From positions 359,476,001 through 359,540,000 of the forward strand of contig OZ024743.1 of assembly GCA_964016885.1 (NCBI GenBank): 64,000 bases of DNA. The letters run 5' to 3'. Positions 1-12,259 of the stretch are shown piece by piece. Position 1 is the first letter of the stretch, and every line of letters begins with the position of its first letter. The DNA is from Eledone cirrhosa. Its lineage: Eukaryota. The notes beneath the pieces are model-generated. The model had not been told where the DNA came from and made no database searches. It saw only the letters and a program-made list of their open reading frames with translations. A program made the position numbers and the translations under genes.

Positions 1-69
1 TTCTGTGTTAGGAATCGGCCCTCACTCTCTATTGATGAAAATCTATAAAATAATAAAAACAGAAGAACA
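1..69 (+). mobile_element. 3' terminus of an RLE-E (R4/Dong-like) LINE followed by (CATA)n
   Basis: Resembles the reverse complement of the RLE-E 3' UTR at 42661-42725 (…aaaccagaagaaca) and is followed by catacataca. Confidence 0.6.
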
Positions 70-253
70 TACATACAAAAGTTGGAAGTCATGGTCGTTT
101 CTTCAATATAGCAGCACAGGCCCCTTACTTTTAATCTTACTTTATATGTGGGTAGAATCAAATAAACAAACATAATATATACCTACCACCTACATACGTT
201 TATACCTTCCAACCTACAGACCTACACACGTACGTACATACGTACATACATAT

Positions 254-831
254 ATGGTGTCTGCCAACTCGTTTTCGAGTACGGCCACTACTTTATATCC
301 ATTTTGGAGAACCCCTACCGATGCGCTGAACGAGTGTGACTTTTTAGTCCAGCCAGCGACTTGAAAACTCTGGTACAAACACTACACTTGTGACAATTAT
401 TGACACAGAGTGCTGGGCCCATGGTACCATGTGACGACAAGTGCAGGATGATCTCCAGATATAAAGCAATGCCTGTGACGTGAAGCTTTTATAGTGAGCA
501 AAGGCACTGCACAAAGCCAGTCCCACTCTCTTAACCAAGATGATATTTACCAAAAATAAGAACAAGTCAACATTATTGGATACCATCAGGTTTGCAGGTG
601 TTATATCAGAGTTTTCCTTCTCCTAGAATTCTGCCTTGACAAAGGCTAAGGGGTCATCTCTCCCGGTGATTTTGGATGGCACTTAAGAGCTCCTTTGCCC
701 TTTGACAGGTTTTGTTTTTAGTCCTGCAGGATGTCGAAAGTCACCCTCCTCACCAAGAAACCTTGGTGTGGTTGCCAGTTTAGTCGCCAACGACCCGACC
801 ATGGGACAGGTTGTACTGGGATACATGTTAC
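254..831 (-). mobile_element. RTE-derived non-autonomous element (RTE-NA), lacking ~25 nt at the 5' end
   Basis: Reverse complement of the ~610-bp repeat at 44727, 46631 and 51002; (CATA)n on both sides. Confidence 0.85.
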
Positions 832-850
832 ATACATACATACATGTATA

Positions 851-1353
851 AAACAAAATTAAAAACAAATGAGGAGGAATATGTTGAGATAGATGGCGCT
901 AAAAATACTGGTGGAACCTGAAAATAAAAACTGCCACCAAATTAAAGCAAAACCGGTTTGATATTGTTGTTTGAGACCACACATTGAAAACGTGTTCTGT
1001 TGTGGAGATGAGCTGCCCACTTGATGTCAACGTTGTACGAAAAATACAAGAGAAGGAGGACATCTACGGACCATTGATGAGGAGTTTGCAGATCGAGTAG
1101 CCAAGATACACCTTCAACTTCATACCCATCATTATTGGAGTTACAGGTTATATACCAACCCACTTGGACCAAAGTTTAACTGAACTTGGATTTGTGGACA
1201 AAGAACGCAGCTCCCTAATTCATAGACTACAAATGGCTGCGATAGCTGGCACCTTCAAAATTTGCAAAACATTCTTGCATTCAAAGGACGACAATTTCTT
1301 TTCTTTTACAACCTTGCCACCAGGAATGTACTCGAAATTAAGAGGAAGTAAGA
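851..1353 (+). mobile_element. 3' fragment of an RLE-D (R4/Dong-like) LINE, degenerate
   Basis: Encodes [39 protein letters not shown], homologous to 45423-45946 and 47270-49146; (CATA)n tail. Confidence 0.85.
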
Positions 1354-2390
1354 CATACATGCATACATATATGCATACATAATAACAAAAGGATTCTACG
1401 ATCACATAGAAAATCCATCTTCAAATGAAAAAATGTATTAACACGAATACGTTTCAGGATTTTCGCATCTTTGTAGCAAAGATCAATATCTGCTACAAGC
1501 ATACAAAAAACAAAGATTGTCCAAACACTTTCTAAACAGCAGACAATTGGTGATGTCAAACAAAAGATGTAATTTAAATAAACTACACGGGAAAGATAAA
1601 TGAAAAATGAAGCGAATTCATGTGGATGAAAGAAAAGTTCAATTATAATTGTGTTAATGGACTACTAATGCTACTACCACCAATTCTCCATTGACCTCAT
1701 GAGCGTAAAGTACTATTAAATTAAACTATTAATAAAGGTGTCATATATCTAGACGTAATATTAGGTCCCTTAACTCATGCTTCAGCTTTACATCCTCAGA
1801 CAGATATTATATAAATAATTCATAAGCCGCTAGGTGTGTATATACATATAATAAATGATAAGATCTTTCTACAATTCTCCTTATATGTAATTGTCTCCAT
1901 AAATCAAGAATCACGATAATCAATAATTGCCATCTCTCCATTTCTTTCTCCATCTCTCCCTATATGAAAAAGTAGAGGGACTTTAACTCATGAAATTCTA
2001 GAGGTATCTTCTTGACACACGACGTATTTTGGTCATTTTAAACGTGACGACATATCTACACATTTACTATAGGAATATATAATGAAAAGTAAGCATTTTT
2101 CAACGTGGCGAGAAATATAGAGAAAAGAAGTTGAAAATGAATTTTGGGGTCTTTTAGATTATTTATCTACATGAACTTAACCAATTTTACAATATCATGA
2201 TTTTTAATTAGGATGGAGGAACACGAAGCCATGTAATAACTGTCTTGAATTTGAACAGAGATTGAAAATTAACTGCATAAAACGAGTCAATTGCGGGATA
2301 GCTGCACGCCTCTCACACGACTTTTGATAATCAGAAAATTATGAAACCGGTAGGTAAAAGTAAATAAATATTCTTTCTATATACATTTGC

Positions 2391-2686
<296 letters not shown>

Positions 2687-2954
2687 TAATAATAATAAAT
2701 CTATATATATATAGATAAAATATTAAAAAAAATTTTTTTATTTTTTAAATTTTTTTAATATTTTATCTTGACTCTGTATTCCGTTTATCTTTCACCGAAA
2801 GTGATATTTCATTGCATCTCTTCTTTCCATGATATCCGGATTACATTGAGTTCTTCATACGGATTGGACACTACCGTAAACTCTTGGTAGATTTATCTAC
2901 ATATATATATATAGATATATATATAAGAACAAAAGATGGTTAAAAGAGTTCCAT

Positions 2955-3027
2955 CTATTTTATTATGCGCATTTCAAAAACAAATATCATCATGCAATAA
3001 TATTTGTGTTTTCATCAGATAAAATAG
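2955..3027 (-). ncRNA. mirror copy of the same hammerhead ribozyme
   Basis: Reverse complement of 3149-3221 within the palindrome. Confidence 0.85.
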
Positions 3028-3148
3028 GAAGACATGATATGAAGGTTAAAAAACACTTGTGGATAGTGCAGTTTTAAATCAACATATCATATGTTGATTT
3101 AAAACTGCACTATCCACAAGTGTTTTTTAACCTTCATATCATGTCTTC

Positions 3149-3221
3149 CTATTTTATCTGATGAAAACACAAATATTATTGCATGATGATATTTGTTTTT
3201 GAAATGCGCATAATAAAATAG
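3149..3221 (+). ncRNA. minimal type I hammerhead ribozyme (Penelope-type)
   Basis: Stem I ctattttat/ataaaatag; CTGATGA 3158-3164; long stem II; GAAA 3201-3204; palindromic stem III tgcgca; AUA cleavage triplet ending at 3212. Confidence 0.85.
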
Positions 3222-3365
3222 ATGGAACTCTTTTAACCATCTTTTGTTCTTATATATATTATGTATACTCCAGTCCTACAAACTGTAGAGTGCTTCTTAT
3301 CCGATATCTGCATTGCTTTATTGTGCTACAATAAAACTCACCTCCTACACACACACATATATATA

Positions 3366-3440
<75 letters not shown>

Positions 3441-3444
3441 AAAG

Positions 3445-3525
3445 AGAAACGACGTTTCAGTCCAACATATTTTATTCGTAATCACGCATGACGCGTGACC
3501 AGCTTGGAGCTTTCATCAGTTGCAT
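3445..3525 (-). ncRNA. degenerate hammerhead ribozyme
   Basis: Minus strand reads CTGATGA-aagctccaa…ttggact-GAAA-cgtcgtt; stem I pairs poorly. Confidence 0.5.
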
Positions 3526-3859
3526 TCAACTCAACTCTACCATCGATGTGCATTGAAGATTAAATCGGATTATGCTCATTGCTGTTTGTGTAAAGAATCA
3601 GATCTGCCTTTATATAGGATATCGATCACGCTCATTGTAAATATCTCATTTGGATAAAAAATAATAATAGAACATTGTTTTATAATTTGAATTTAACACT
3701 TTCATCTTTCAAGATAATAGTGAAGATATGAAATTGGTTGTTATTAAAAGAGTAGACAAACTAAAAGTTCTCTATGTGTATTTTCGCATATCTATCTTTA
3801 AGTAGAGCTGTTGTGGTTTAATCTCATGTTGAATTTTTTAATAAAATATTAAAATATTT

Positions 3860-4110
3860 CTAATAGGAAGTTTGTAACATCATTTGGACATTTATAAAAG
3901 AATGGATATTCTGAATTTGCTCTTTCTGCAAATTTCTAAATGTTCCCTTAGTGGGAATTTCATTAGTTCCAGTTTTCGTATCTGATATTTTATGTTTTCT
4001 GATTTGTTCACATAAAGAGTAACCGGTGTGGTCAATGTAGCTCTCTTTGTAGTCGAGGCAGACCATAGAGTATATCAGATTTTCTGTCATTTCAAAATAT
4101 CCCCTTTGTA
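3860..4110 (-). pseudogene. GIY-YIG endonuclease remnant of a Penelope-like element
   Basis: ENLIYSMVCLDYKESYIDHTGYSLCEQIRKHK fits the PLE pattern NxIYxxxCxxCxxxYIGxTxxxLxxRxxxH; a hammerhead lies downstream on the same strand. Confidence 0.7.
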
Positions 4111-5479
4111 AAATAAATTTTCAAATGATGGTCCAACATACCAAGCAGAAACGGAAAATATTTTAGGAAAACTCTCATTCCGAAAATAACCCATACCAAA
4201 TAAGCCAGATACAATTTCTTTCATGATACTACATACTTTATATGTAGTATACATACACATCAAGTACGTAATGTTGCTTCAAATGCTGTCTATTCATAAT
4301 TTTTTTGTTATTACAGTTATCTGTCAACAGTTGTTTTGCCTTATTAACTTTAGGGAAATGGAGTCCTTGGAGAAGAAATATTAGGAGATTTGTGACATAA
4401 GTGACGTCAAAGAGATGGAAACAATGGAGCAAACAATGGAACTGTGTGGCAGCAGCAATTTATCGGATGATTAACTCAAAATCTTTGGCACGTGTCACAA
4501 TATGAAGATGTCAAGTATTTATTATCGAAAAACAAGCTATACAAAGTAAAAACAATAACAAAACAAAAAAAAAAAACAATGCGAAAATATTTGGATCCAA
4601 CCATTTTTTTGTCTGTAAATGTATGGCATGTATGAGATTTATTGTTTAAATATGGCAAATTGAAAAGAGGAGATACAGTAGATGGTGAAAAACATTCATG
4701 ATTTAGAATTGATGATTTATTTCTATTAGAAACGAAGTTTAGGATCATATCAGTGAAAATATTCTTCTATCACAGATATAAAGTAGTGATAAGGTTCACA
4801 GAATTAACTTAGTAGATGGATATATGATGAGTCTATGCGTAAGAAGGTAAGAGTCTCTGTCTCCTTTAGGATTTCCAAATAAAATATGTTTATATTCCTA
4901 GTGTCGTTTTAGCACATATACAATATCATGCCTGCTTGCGCACGTGTGTGTGCACAGTATGTTTATTGATTTCTCATAAATCATTAAAATGAGATTGTGT
5001 TTCTAGTATACTCACATGCATACAGCTACAGAGGTATGCATAGCTAAACACACAGAGATCATTAATACTAAAATATATATTCTTTTACTTTATCGTTTCA
5101 ATTATCAAAAATGCGATCATGTTCGGGCACGGCTTTCAGTGTTTTTTTAACCGAATTTTTCGGTGTAGGAAAGCCTATGAAGATCATGGGTGATGTTCTT
5201 TCCTCCAATCCACATCCCCTGAGTTGTGATTCACAACCTTCAGCCCCTTCACTAACCACTACATCCAATACCTTTTCATAGGAAGTCTCTGGAATTCGAT
5301 TCTTGTTCTTGTTTTCCTAAAAGGAGCGGATTTGAAAGCTTAAGCGAAGCATCACCGCCGCCAACCTCTTCTGTCATAAAGGAGCTGTGAAGGGCATGGA
5401 CAATTATTATTCATTTCAACAAACTTTCCAGTTAAATAACATCAATGACTGAGACTCAAAGAATAATAATAATAATAAT

Positions 5480-5651
5480 TGTTTCTACTTTTTGGCACAG
5501 GCCAGCAATTACCCAGTACATTACTGGTACTTTATTTTATCGACCCCGTAAGGATGAAAGGCAAAGTAAACCTCGGCAGGATTTGAACTCAGACCACAAA
5601 GGGCCGTAACTCTTTGCTACAAAGCATGGCGTCCGACCCTCTACCGATACT
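5480..5651 (-). mobile_element. tRNA-type SINE (main family) with (ATT)n tail
   Basis: Minus strand: B box gagttcaaatcc, central gcctttcatccttacggggtcgataaaataaagtaccag, 3' end gtagaaacaattattatt. Confidence 0.85.
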
Positions 5652-5817
5652 ATCCCCAAATTATAGTAGAAAAAGTCAATTTTATATCAGTAATTATATA
5701 AAATGGAAGAATTTTAATACATTGTTATTTTAAATGATGTTTTTGATGTTTTTACAGATTTACTCAGAGTTAGTAGAATGTTAATTATTACTTTAAGCTA
5801 TAGAGATGATGCTCTGT

Positions 5818-5823
5818 CATATT

Positions 5824-5862
<39 letters not shown>

Positions 5863-5958
5863 GAACCCTTATCTCCTGAATGAGTCGAGGCGAGGGAGAG
5901 CACTGTTATGGCATAAGGAGTTTCTTGGGCACAGCCGAGTTGTTCTTGTTCTGGTAAC

Positions 5959-6022
<64 letters not shown>

Positions 6023-6080
6023 CTTCTTCTTCTTCTTCTTCTTCTTCTTCTTCTTCTTCTTCTTCTTCTTCTTCTTCTTC
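5818..6080. repeat. compound (CAT)n, (TTG)n, (TTC)n microsatellites
   Basis: Directly visible; source of the polyE/Q/L/F ORFs. Confidence 0.95.
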
Positions 6081-7062
6081 ACTCACTTATTTTTGAGAGG
6101 GTCGAGGGCGCAGAGTCCTCAAACGCTCCTTCCAGCAGGTCCTGCCAGAAACAAAGTAAATATAAAATATGATAAAACTCAATTCCCGCGTCTACATTCT
6201 AAAAATTAAGATCATCTTGCAAATGGATGTTTCCGAGAGATAATTAATACAACAGGCGAAGCCCAGAAAATGTATCAACTACAGAATTTCAGTGATTCTA
6301 GATTGTTGAATATAAACTACTCAGTGAAATAGAAGAAAGTGTTAGGAGAAGAAGGCGTTGATCGAAAAACATACTTCTCTGGTATATTCCTTAAAATGCT
6401 TTGCCATACATATTACTGCTGTTTTTATTTTAGCAATTGAAGTTACTGTCTTTGTTGTGTTGCCACTTGCTCTATATAGCCACATCTTCCTTCCTCCAAG
6501 ATATATTTGGATGCTTCATCATGTAGAGAGCAGATTTTTGGAAGCCAAGATGCGTTGGTTTCCAAACAGCATTTAATACAGCAACTTTTAAAACTAGAAT
6601 ATTTATCAACACCCTGACGCGTGTATGAATATATTGTTGTCAATATACTCATACATACATTCACAAAACTACACATACATTTACACAAACACACATACAC
6701 CCAAACACAGCTTAGTAGATGGAACGCTAGCCACTGTGTTGCTATAGTCTTTTTTGCCATCTCCTACCTTCCTTTCTACATACACATACATTTACACAAA
6801 CACACACATTGTGTGACGGACGGACGGAAGTAGCACACATTTACATATAGATATGTGGACGAGATTTCTTTTATAGTCTGGCAGACGTATTCTAAATTGT
6901 TTTTATAGAAGATGTTCAAGGAAATGTTAGCTATATATATTGAAATTTGTATATTGCGCATATAAATTTATTCATTGATTTATCTAAATTTCAAGTGATA
7001 TACTTATTGAAACAACTAGCTGAGTATGTACATACATACACACAAACACAAACAAACACACG

Positions 7063-7135
<73 letters not shown>

Positions 7136-7140
7136 GACAT

Positions 7141-7182
<42 letters not shown>

Positions 7183-7667
7183 CACACACATACACATACA
7201 CACACATATATATACATTGATTCATAAAACAAACTTACACTTTTATGCATAAATACACATATGCATACAGCGATATAAAAATTAAAATGATTTATATTTT
7301 ACACTGCTACACACACACACACACATACACATACACACACACACAAACACACATACACACACACACATATTCTAAATGTATACATACACACACATATTTC
7401 TTATATAAAGGACTTCTAAAAGACTAGAACTGTTTCATTCGTTTGATTATATATGAATGATGGTAATAAAAAGCTGTACGTAGATATCTCCCTTCAATAA
7501 GGGAATCACAACATGGATGAGCTATCGCTTTCATAGTCGGGTGCGATCGATAGTGATTGTACCTTGAGCTGATCGATCGTAAGACGCGCGTCAGGCATCA
7601 GCAAACATAATGAGACTATCTTAACACCTCCTTCCTACTGCTTATTATTATTATTATTATTATTATT

Positions 7668-10014
7668 TGCATTTATCTTGCTTTATGTTCATACGAGTTA
7701 TCACCAAGTCACAACCAGTGACCTCAAGGGACAACAAGGTCCGCCATGTTCAAGAAAGAACATACATACTCACACATGCATCTTTAGTGTTTAGACTTGT
7801 GATGTACTTATATTGACAGGATCTTCCTTAGTATATGGGCAGTTCCCATTAGTACTATCTTTTTTATTTCTCCTATACGCGGGTTTCCTGGGATTTGCGA
7901 TAAGTAGTCGTTAGACCCCTTAGGTATCATTCCCAGAGCGCCTACAACCACTGGTATTGTTTTAGTTCTCAATTTCCACATTTTTCCAATTTCTATCTCC
8001 AGGTCCTTATACTTGCTCAATTTTTCAAATGTTTTTATAGATACATTCTTGTCTATTGGAACAGACATATCAATTAGCAGGCATACCCTCCTTTGAAAGT
8101 CCTTCAATATTATATCAGGTCTATTTGCATCTATTTTTCGGTCTGTTTGGATGCTAAAGTTCCACAAGATTGAGATGTGATCTTTTTCAAGTATGGGAGG
8201 TGGTTGATGCTCCCACCAATTCTTTTGATGGGGCAGGTCAAAATGCTTACACATTATCCAATGTATGTATTGTGCAGCTCTGTCATGCCTGTTTAGGTAT
8301 TCGGTTGGAGCTATAGGACTGCACATTGAAATTATATGGTCAATGGTCTCTGGTTGTTTTTTGCATACACGGCATAATGGGCTGCACCCATTTTTTATTA
8401 TGTTGGCTTGGTAATTTTTTGTTGACAGACACTGATCTTGTGCCGATATAATCAGTCCTTCAGTCTCCGATTTCAGTCCAGAGGATGCCAACCACTGATG
8501 GGTTAAAGTTTTGTCAACATCAGGATTGTTAGCTCGCTCTGGGTATTTTCCATACAGAGGCTTTTCTTGCCATTTCTTAGCCAGTTTCTGTAGCAGTTCT
8601 TTCTTTGCAGTTACTTTTACCTGCTTTGCTTTTTCTGTGTTTTCCATTTCAGCAGTAAATGGGACTTCTGAAATTTGTAGTCCATTACTGTATCTTTGTG
8701 CATCTTTTGTAATGGAATATGATCTTTTGATGCTTTCGTGTTTCAAAACGAGTTTGATCATCCAATCATGTGATTCCCTTAGATATGTAGATGATCCAAT
8801 TGTTGCAGTTTTCAACGCAATTTCTAACTGGACTAACCCACATCTTCCTTCTTTCCTAGGGAGATATATTCTATCTATATCTGCCATGTCTTCATACTGA
8901 ATGACAAAAACCTCCTGACAACGGGGGATATTTTGAAAATCTCTAAACATTTTTCAATCCAACTGTGTGGCCAACTATCGAATACTTTTTTATAATCTAT
9001 CCAAGCAATCGATAGATTTTTGTGTCTATTATGACAATCTTCCAGTATCATTTTGTTAACCAGAAGCTGATCCTTACAGCCATATGAGCCTCGTTTACAC
9101 CCTTTCTGCTCAATGGGAAATAGGTCATTTGTTATCAGGTGGTCATATGTGTATTCAGTTAGGACTGATGTTAAAATGTTATACATTGTGGTCAAGCAGG
9201 TTATCGGTCTGTAATTTTTGGGATTGTTTGTCTCATCATTCTTCGGTAGCAGGAATGTAATGCCGTTAACTAGCCATGATGGTATCTTTTCTGGCTCCTT
9301 AACTATTTCATTGTAAAGTTGGGCTAACAGCTCATGAGACTCTGTGAAGGGATTTATCCAAACGTTTTGTATTTTGTCTTTTCCTGGGGATTTCCATTTG
9401 CTGGTTTTTCTTAGAGCCAAGCGCAACTGTTCAACTGTTATATTTTCCCATGTTTGTTCTTCAAGGTGAGCTGTTTCTTTCATTTGTCTGTCTATCCATG
9501 GGGCATCTATGTTATGAACTTTTTCTTCGGCCCAGATCTTTTCCCAGAATTCTTGCACTTCCTCCTTGGGTGGTTTTGATTTAGCAGTTATTGTTGACTT
9601 ACCAATTTTTCTGTAGAAGTTTCTTTGGTTGTTTTTGAACATATTATTGTCCTTATAGAATCTAGATCGTTTTTCAAAGCGCCTTATACGAGCAGCTTTG
9701 ACCGACACTTTTTGCTTGATTGTTTCTATCAGCATGTCTATGTCACATGTTGATCTTATACTGTACTTTTTTTTCAATTTTCTAAGTTTAGTTTGTTTAA
9801 CATGTTCACCTATTTTATAGTTTGTTAAAATTTCTATGTCAGATCGGAGAAGGTTTATTTGGCGATTGATGTTATCTTGCCAAGTAGATTTCTTGTGGGA
9901 ATTCCTTTGTTTTTTCATCTTCACTCCACATAAGTGAGTGGTGACTTTAGCCGATGCATAATAGAGATGATTTAAGTCAGTAATGTTTAGTTTGTTTGTG
10001 ATGATAATGTTTTT
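7668..10014 (-). mobile_element. R4/Dong-like RLE non-LTR retrotransposon Dong-A copy 1 (5'-truncated, ~670-bp internal RT deletion near 8885)
   Basis: RT motifs KSPGKD, NYRPITCL, WIDYKK.FDS; CCHC CRVCKKQPETIDHIISMC; RHD; RLE motif RPDI..LIDMSVP..K.SKY; (ATT)n on both sides. Confidence 0.92.
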
Positions 10015-10243
10015 ATTATTATTATTATTATTATTGGCGACCTACGTAGTAAATCGTATCATCGTGAGCTCCGCAAAGGTTTGTTATTTCCGTTTGTTAA
10101 AAATTGTCATTTATGGAAAATTTTATTGTTAACTGTTTATAAGCGCACATACATTGTTTTCCGAAAAGGACACCCAAAAAGATTGGGGCCTTGTGCCCAA
10201 AATTTAAACTTTTATTATTATCAAAAAAATTTCTTTGAAAAAA

Positions 10244-12225
10244 ATGGCTAATTCACCTCTGCACGAAGCAGCTGAAAGCCTTCCTCACAAATTAACACCT
10301 CACACCGACACCACCATTGTAAATGTTACTACGTTTGCCAACACAAAAAAAATATAAGCAGTAGCAATATTTTAAATTTGTCTCAGGCAGACATTCATTT
10401 CCCGCCATTACCAATGACTGCAGGTGTTAAACCCTCCACCACCACCACCACCGCGACAACCACCACCACCACCACCGCGACAACAGAAACAAAAGAAGAA
10501 AAAAATAAATTAACTCGTGATGTCGAAATGAAATCAAGCAAAATGGACTCTTCCGCACCAAAGACGACTGACGTCACCACCACCACAACTGAAACTAAAA
10601 TTAATATTAACGATAGCAACAACAACAACAATGACATTATAAAACCGACCCTCAGTTTCGCCATCGTAGCAAAACAATTCGAAGCGTTCACGGTAACTCA
10701 AGAAGATTTAGAAAATGCCAAACAAATGGTAAAGAAAGATGGGTACAGGGTCAGCCTCACCCCCCCACCTAATAAAAGGGAGCATCGGCGCCTGTGCACC
10801 GTGTCGTATAGAACAATAAATGTAAAATCGCGCCGAGTGGAACGGGCATCCGAGTCCCAAATCCAAAAAGCTTTGGGACATGTGTGGGCAAGAAAAACCC
10901 ACATCAGACGTGGGCAAAAGTATGGAACCGTGGATGTGTTCTTTGAAACACCAGAGGAGGCTAGAGAACACTCCATGGCCCCATTAAAAAGTGACGACCT
11001 CACACTCGTCCCAAGCTATTGTGGCCAGAGACTCGTAAAGATCAGGGTGACCCACGTTCCACCGGCCATCGAAATTCCCTGGCTAATAGCGGCTGTCCTC
11101 GCCGGCATCGAAGCCAACACGAAAATAATAGCAGTAGCAAAAGAAAAGCAGGAAAACTGGTCCGGATCTGGGATGGAGCTCCTGATCCAAGCGGACCAAA
11201 AAAGCATTGAGGAGATCCCAGAGGTAATAGACCTCACTGACGGCAGCCACCTCACGGTAATTGTCGAGGGCAGAAGACCTAGGTGTGTCGTTTGTGGTGA
11301 AGGAACCCACCCAAGGGCTTTCTGCCCTCAGGCTAAAAGGTTGAGGCCACCTCTCCTACCCACCCCAGTGACACAACCATCAACACCACCAGTAGCAGAG
11401 ATGGCAGCAACAACTGTAGCAGAAACAACAGAAGCAACTATAACAGCAACAACCCCAGCAACATTAGCAAAACCAACACCACTACCACCACCAGCAAAAC
11501 CAACACCACCACCACCCAACGCTTCAGAACTAGCACCAGCGCCTACACCATCCACCACACCACAACCAAAACTAACGGCTGTGGAGGATTTTCCACTCCC
11601 CGGCCTATCACAACTGGAGACAGATTGTGACGACGAGGAGTGGGAAACGATATCCGGAAAAAAAAAAAGAAACCAAAAAAGAAAAAATTCTCTTCCTTCC
11701 CCCTCCAAAAACAAAATACAGAGGGAAACAAATAAACTAAGAAACAAAAAAGTTAGGACAGATATGCCACCATCCACACCAGCATCACCAACCCCATCAA
11801 CCCAAACACCAACACCATCACCATCATTATCCCCAGCACCACCATCACCTACACCACAAAAGTCACCAAAATGCGAAACAGAAACAAACCCACAACAAAC
11901 GCAAACAAAACAAAACAACCAAAACGAAACACACTACACAGCATTACATTTGAACAACAAGCAATTATTACACTACATCCAACACAACACCAGCATCACA
12001 GAAAAAGACTACACAACAACCCCAAAATTCACACCACCTCCACACATACAAATCACTCGCATCACACAGAAAACGTACATGACACTAAAACAAAAATTCC
12101 CCAAAGACATCGGAGACTTCCGACAAGCACTCTCCAGGAGGATTTATAAGGACATCCTTCCTGAGGAGGCCACAAGCAGTGAAAAGGATGGAAAAGCCGT
12201 CCTTCCCCTACGAGAAGTAAGGTAA
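10244..12225 (+). pseudogene. Tx1-A ORF1 (gag-like, CCHC knuckle, Pro/Thr-rich), one frameshift in the A-run near 10350
   Basis: Start MANSPLHE as in copy 2; CVVCGEGTHPRAFC = CX2CX4HX4C. Confidence 0.85.
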
Positions 12226-12259
12226 GTGGTCTTTCCCATCTTTTCCACTCCTTTTCAAC

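Larger units (their letters stand above)
2917..3259. repeat. perfect 343-bp palindrome (171-bp arms, single central C at 3088); probable inverted pseudo-LTR of a Penelope-like element
   Basis: Position x pairs with 6176-x (aagaacaaaagatggttaaaagag…aacatat C atatgtt…ctcttttaaccatcttttgttctt); flanked by (AT)n. Confidence 0.95.

Noticed and set aside
4760-4852. Possible host exon (cag…AAG/gtaag)
   Set aside because: No coding homology or partner exons visible
7505-7600. Hammerhead-like fragments (ggatgag…cgcgcgtca)
   Set aside because: No intact CUGANGA and GAAA pair
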